A stretch of DNA of 64,000 nucleotides from Kiritimatiellia bacterium (lineage in GTDB: Bacteria > Verrucomicrobiota > Kiritimatiellia > RFP12 > UBA1067): the NCBI GenBank assembly GCA_041673345.1, contig JBAYXX010000005.1, forward strand, positions 5,929 to 69,928. Reading direction: 5' to 3'. The position numbers and the translations under genes were made by a program. Each line of letters opens with the position of its first letter. Position 1 is the first letter of the stretch. The notes below the pieces were generated by a model, which saw only the letters and a program-made list of their open reading frames with translations, ran no database searches and was not told the DNA's origin. Below, one piece after another: positions 63,194 to 64,000 of the stretch.

Positions 63194-63654
63194 TTCATTG
63201 TCACTTTCAACACCACTACATTTAAAGGCTTTTCAACAGTAATACGCCGCTCTTCCGGCTCTTCCCCCAGCTCAAAATAAAGGTGGATCGCTGTTGCGGG
63301 AATAAGCTCCTCTGCCCGCTCAGGCCACTCCACGGCCACCACCGCTCCATCCTCCAGATACTCCGCATAACCAATTGCCAGCAGGTCATCGGGCGAGTTC
63401 AAACGGTACAAATCTATATGCACCAGCTTAAAGGCTGGTGTTTGATACTCATTGGAAATAGCGAATGTTGGACTTGTCAGCGGCTGGGTCACCCCCAATG
63501 CGGCACCAACCCCCTGCATAAAGGTGGTCTTGCCTGAGCCCAACTCACCATGCAACGCCAGAACAACACCGGGTTCTAGCAACTCAGCTACCTCTGCGGC
63601 CAAAGCCCAACACTCTTCCACTGATTTCACAAGATAAAATTTTTTCATCAACAA
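63190..63654 (-). CDS. tsaE: tRNA t6A37 biosynthesis ATPase TsaE (YjeE)
   Basis: 154 aa. Has P-loop LHGELGSGKTTFMQG, SPTFAISNEY and HIDLYRL. The last ~12 codons and the TAG stop lie inside a REP-C module. Confidence 0.85.
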   Translation of the reverse strand: MLMKKFYLVKSVEECWALAAEVAELLEPGVVLALHGELGSGKTTFMQGVGAALGVTQPLTSPTFAISNEYQTPAFKLVHIDLYRLNSPDDLLAIGYAEYLEDGAVVAVEWPERAEELIPATAIHLYFELGEEPEERRITVEKPLNVVVLKVTMK

Positions 63655-63672
63655 AACCTTTTCGAATGGCCT

Positions 63673-64000
63673 CTACCTCAGCCACTCAATGCACTCGTCG
63701 ATAAAACGTTCGATATACACCTCGCTAAACGCCGAGGCATGCGGCATACGCACCAGACCCGGCAGGTTTTCATCGGCCAGCGGCGACTCCGCCGTCAAAG
63801 GCTCCTGCTGGAAAACATCCAGGCAGGCCCCCCTGATGGAACCAGCCCTCAGGGCCTTGGCCAGTGCCACTTCATCAATGCTGTTGCCACGTCCGAAGTT
63901 ATAGACCACCGCATGCGCTGGCATACACTCAAACTCTCGCTCCCCTAGAAAATGATCGGTGCCTGTGTCTGATGGCAACAGCATAATAACATGATCAGCA
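63673..64000 (-). CDS. D-isomer-specific 2-hydroxyacid dehydrogenase family protein (C-terminal part; continues beyond the window end)
   Basis: The frame stays open past the listed Met, reading ...ADHVIMLLPSDTGTDHF. Contains NFGRGNSIDEVALAKALRAGSIRGACLDVFQQEPL and PHASA, typical of the NAD-binding and catalytic C-terminal region. Confidence 0.7.
   Translation of the reverse strand, partial: ADHVIMLLPSDTGTDHFLGEREFECMPAHAVVYNFGRGNSIDEVALAKALRAGSIRGACLDVFQQEPLTAESPLADENLPGLVRMPHASAFSEVYIERFIDECIEWLR

Overview
This is a 64-kb chromosomal window from a bacterium of moderate GC content. Calls rest on motif recognition by eye and manual coordinate counting, with no database search. The gene content includes seven proteins with prepilin-type N-termini, secreted LamG and FAD-oxidoreductase enzymes and a eukaryote-type hexokinase. 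This suggests a PVC-superphylum organism (Lentisphaerota, Kiritimatiellota or Verrucomicrobiota-like), which is inference only. I call 47 CDS and one pseudogene remnant, about 85% on the minus strand, and I recognise no rRNA, tRNA or CRISPR. The window reads as follows. (a) 0.7-7.5 kb holds a catabolic-looking operon: secreted FAD oxidoreductase, MFS transporter, M20 deacylase, NAD epimerase and a DapA-family aldolase. (b) 7.6-9.9 kb holds housekeeping genes yqeY-yggS-recR-ybaB. (c) 11-16.9 kb holds lysA, a ceramidase-like/LamG protein, a SagB-type nitroreductase, a transposase remnant and mgtC. (d) 16.9-33.7 kb holds a 13-gene type II secretion / type IV filament-like operon. It runs secretin, PilM/N-like, PilO-like, PilP-like, GspE, six class-III-signal pseudopilins, then a 1245-aa GspK-like giant. 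It has no GspF/PilC platform protein and no prepilin peptidase. (e) 34.5-45.9 kb holds a secreted 724-aa protein, an HU-double-zinc-ribbon fusion, a PAS protein, hexokinase plus a C39-like peptidase, an S1 protein and pcnB. (f) 45.9-58.4 kb holds murJ and the tightly packed string gatC-gatA-gatB-pilB-pilT-pilB-trxB-msbA. (g) 58.8-64 kb holds a 34-aa Lys-rich small ORF, a 1284-aa LamG protein, tsaE and a partial 2-hydroxyacid dehydrogenase. The most unusual property is in the non-coding DNA. Almost every intergenic region over about 100 bp is a mosaic of dispersed repeat modules. These include at least three REP families with a 5' GTAG head, inverted REPIN-like doublets with compensatory stem changes, and spacer-less head-to-tail REP arrays of 35-37 bp period. 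There is also a 121-bp structured tandem unit, and 6-7-nt microsatellite fillers sit inside the secretion operon. One filler is a canonical G-quadruplex motif. Another is a heptamer tract inside a pseudopilin leader peptide.
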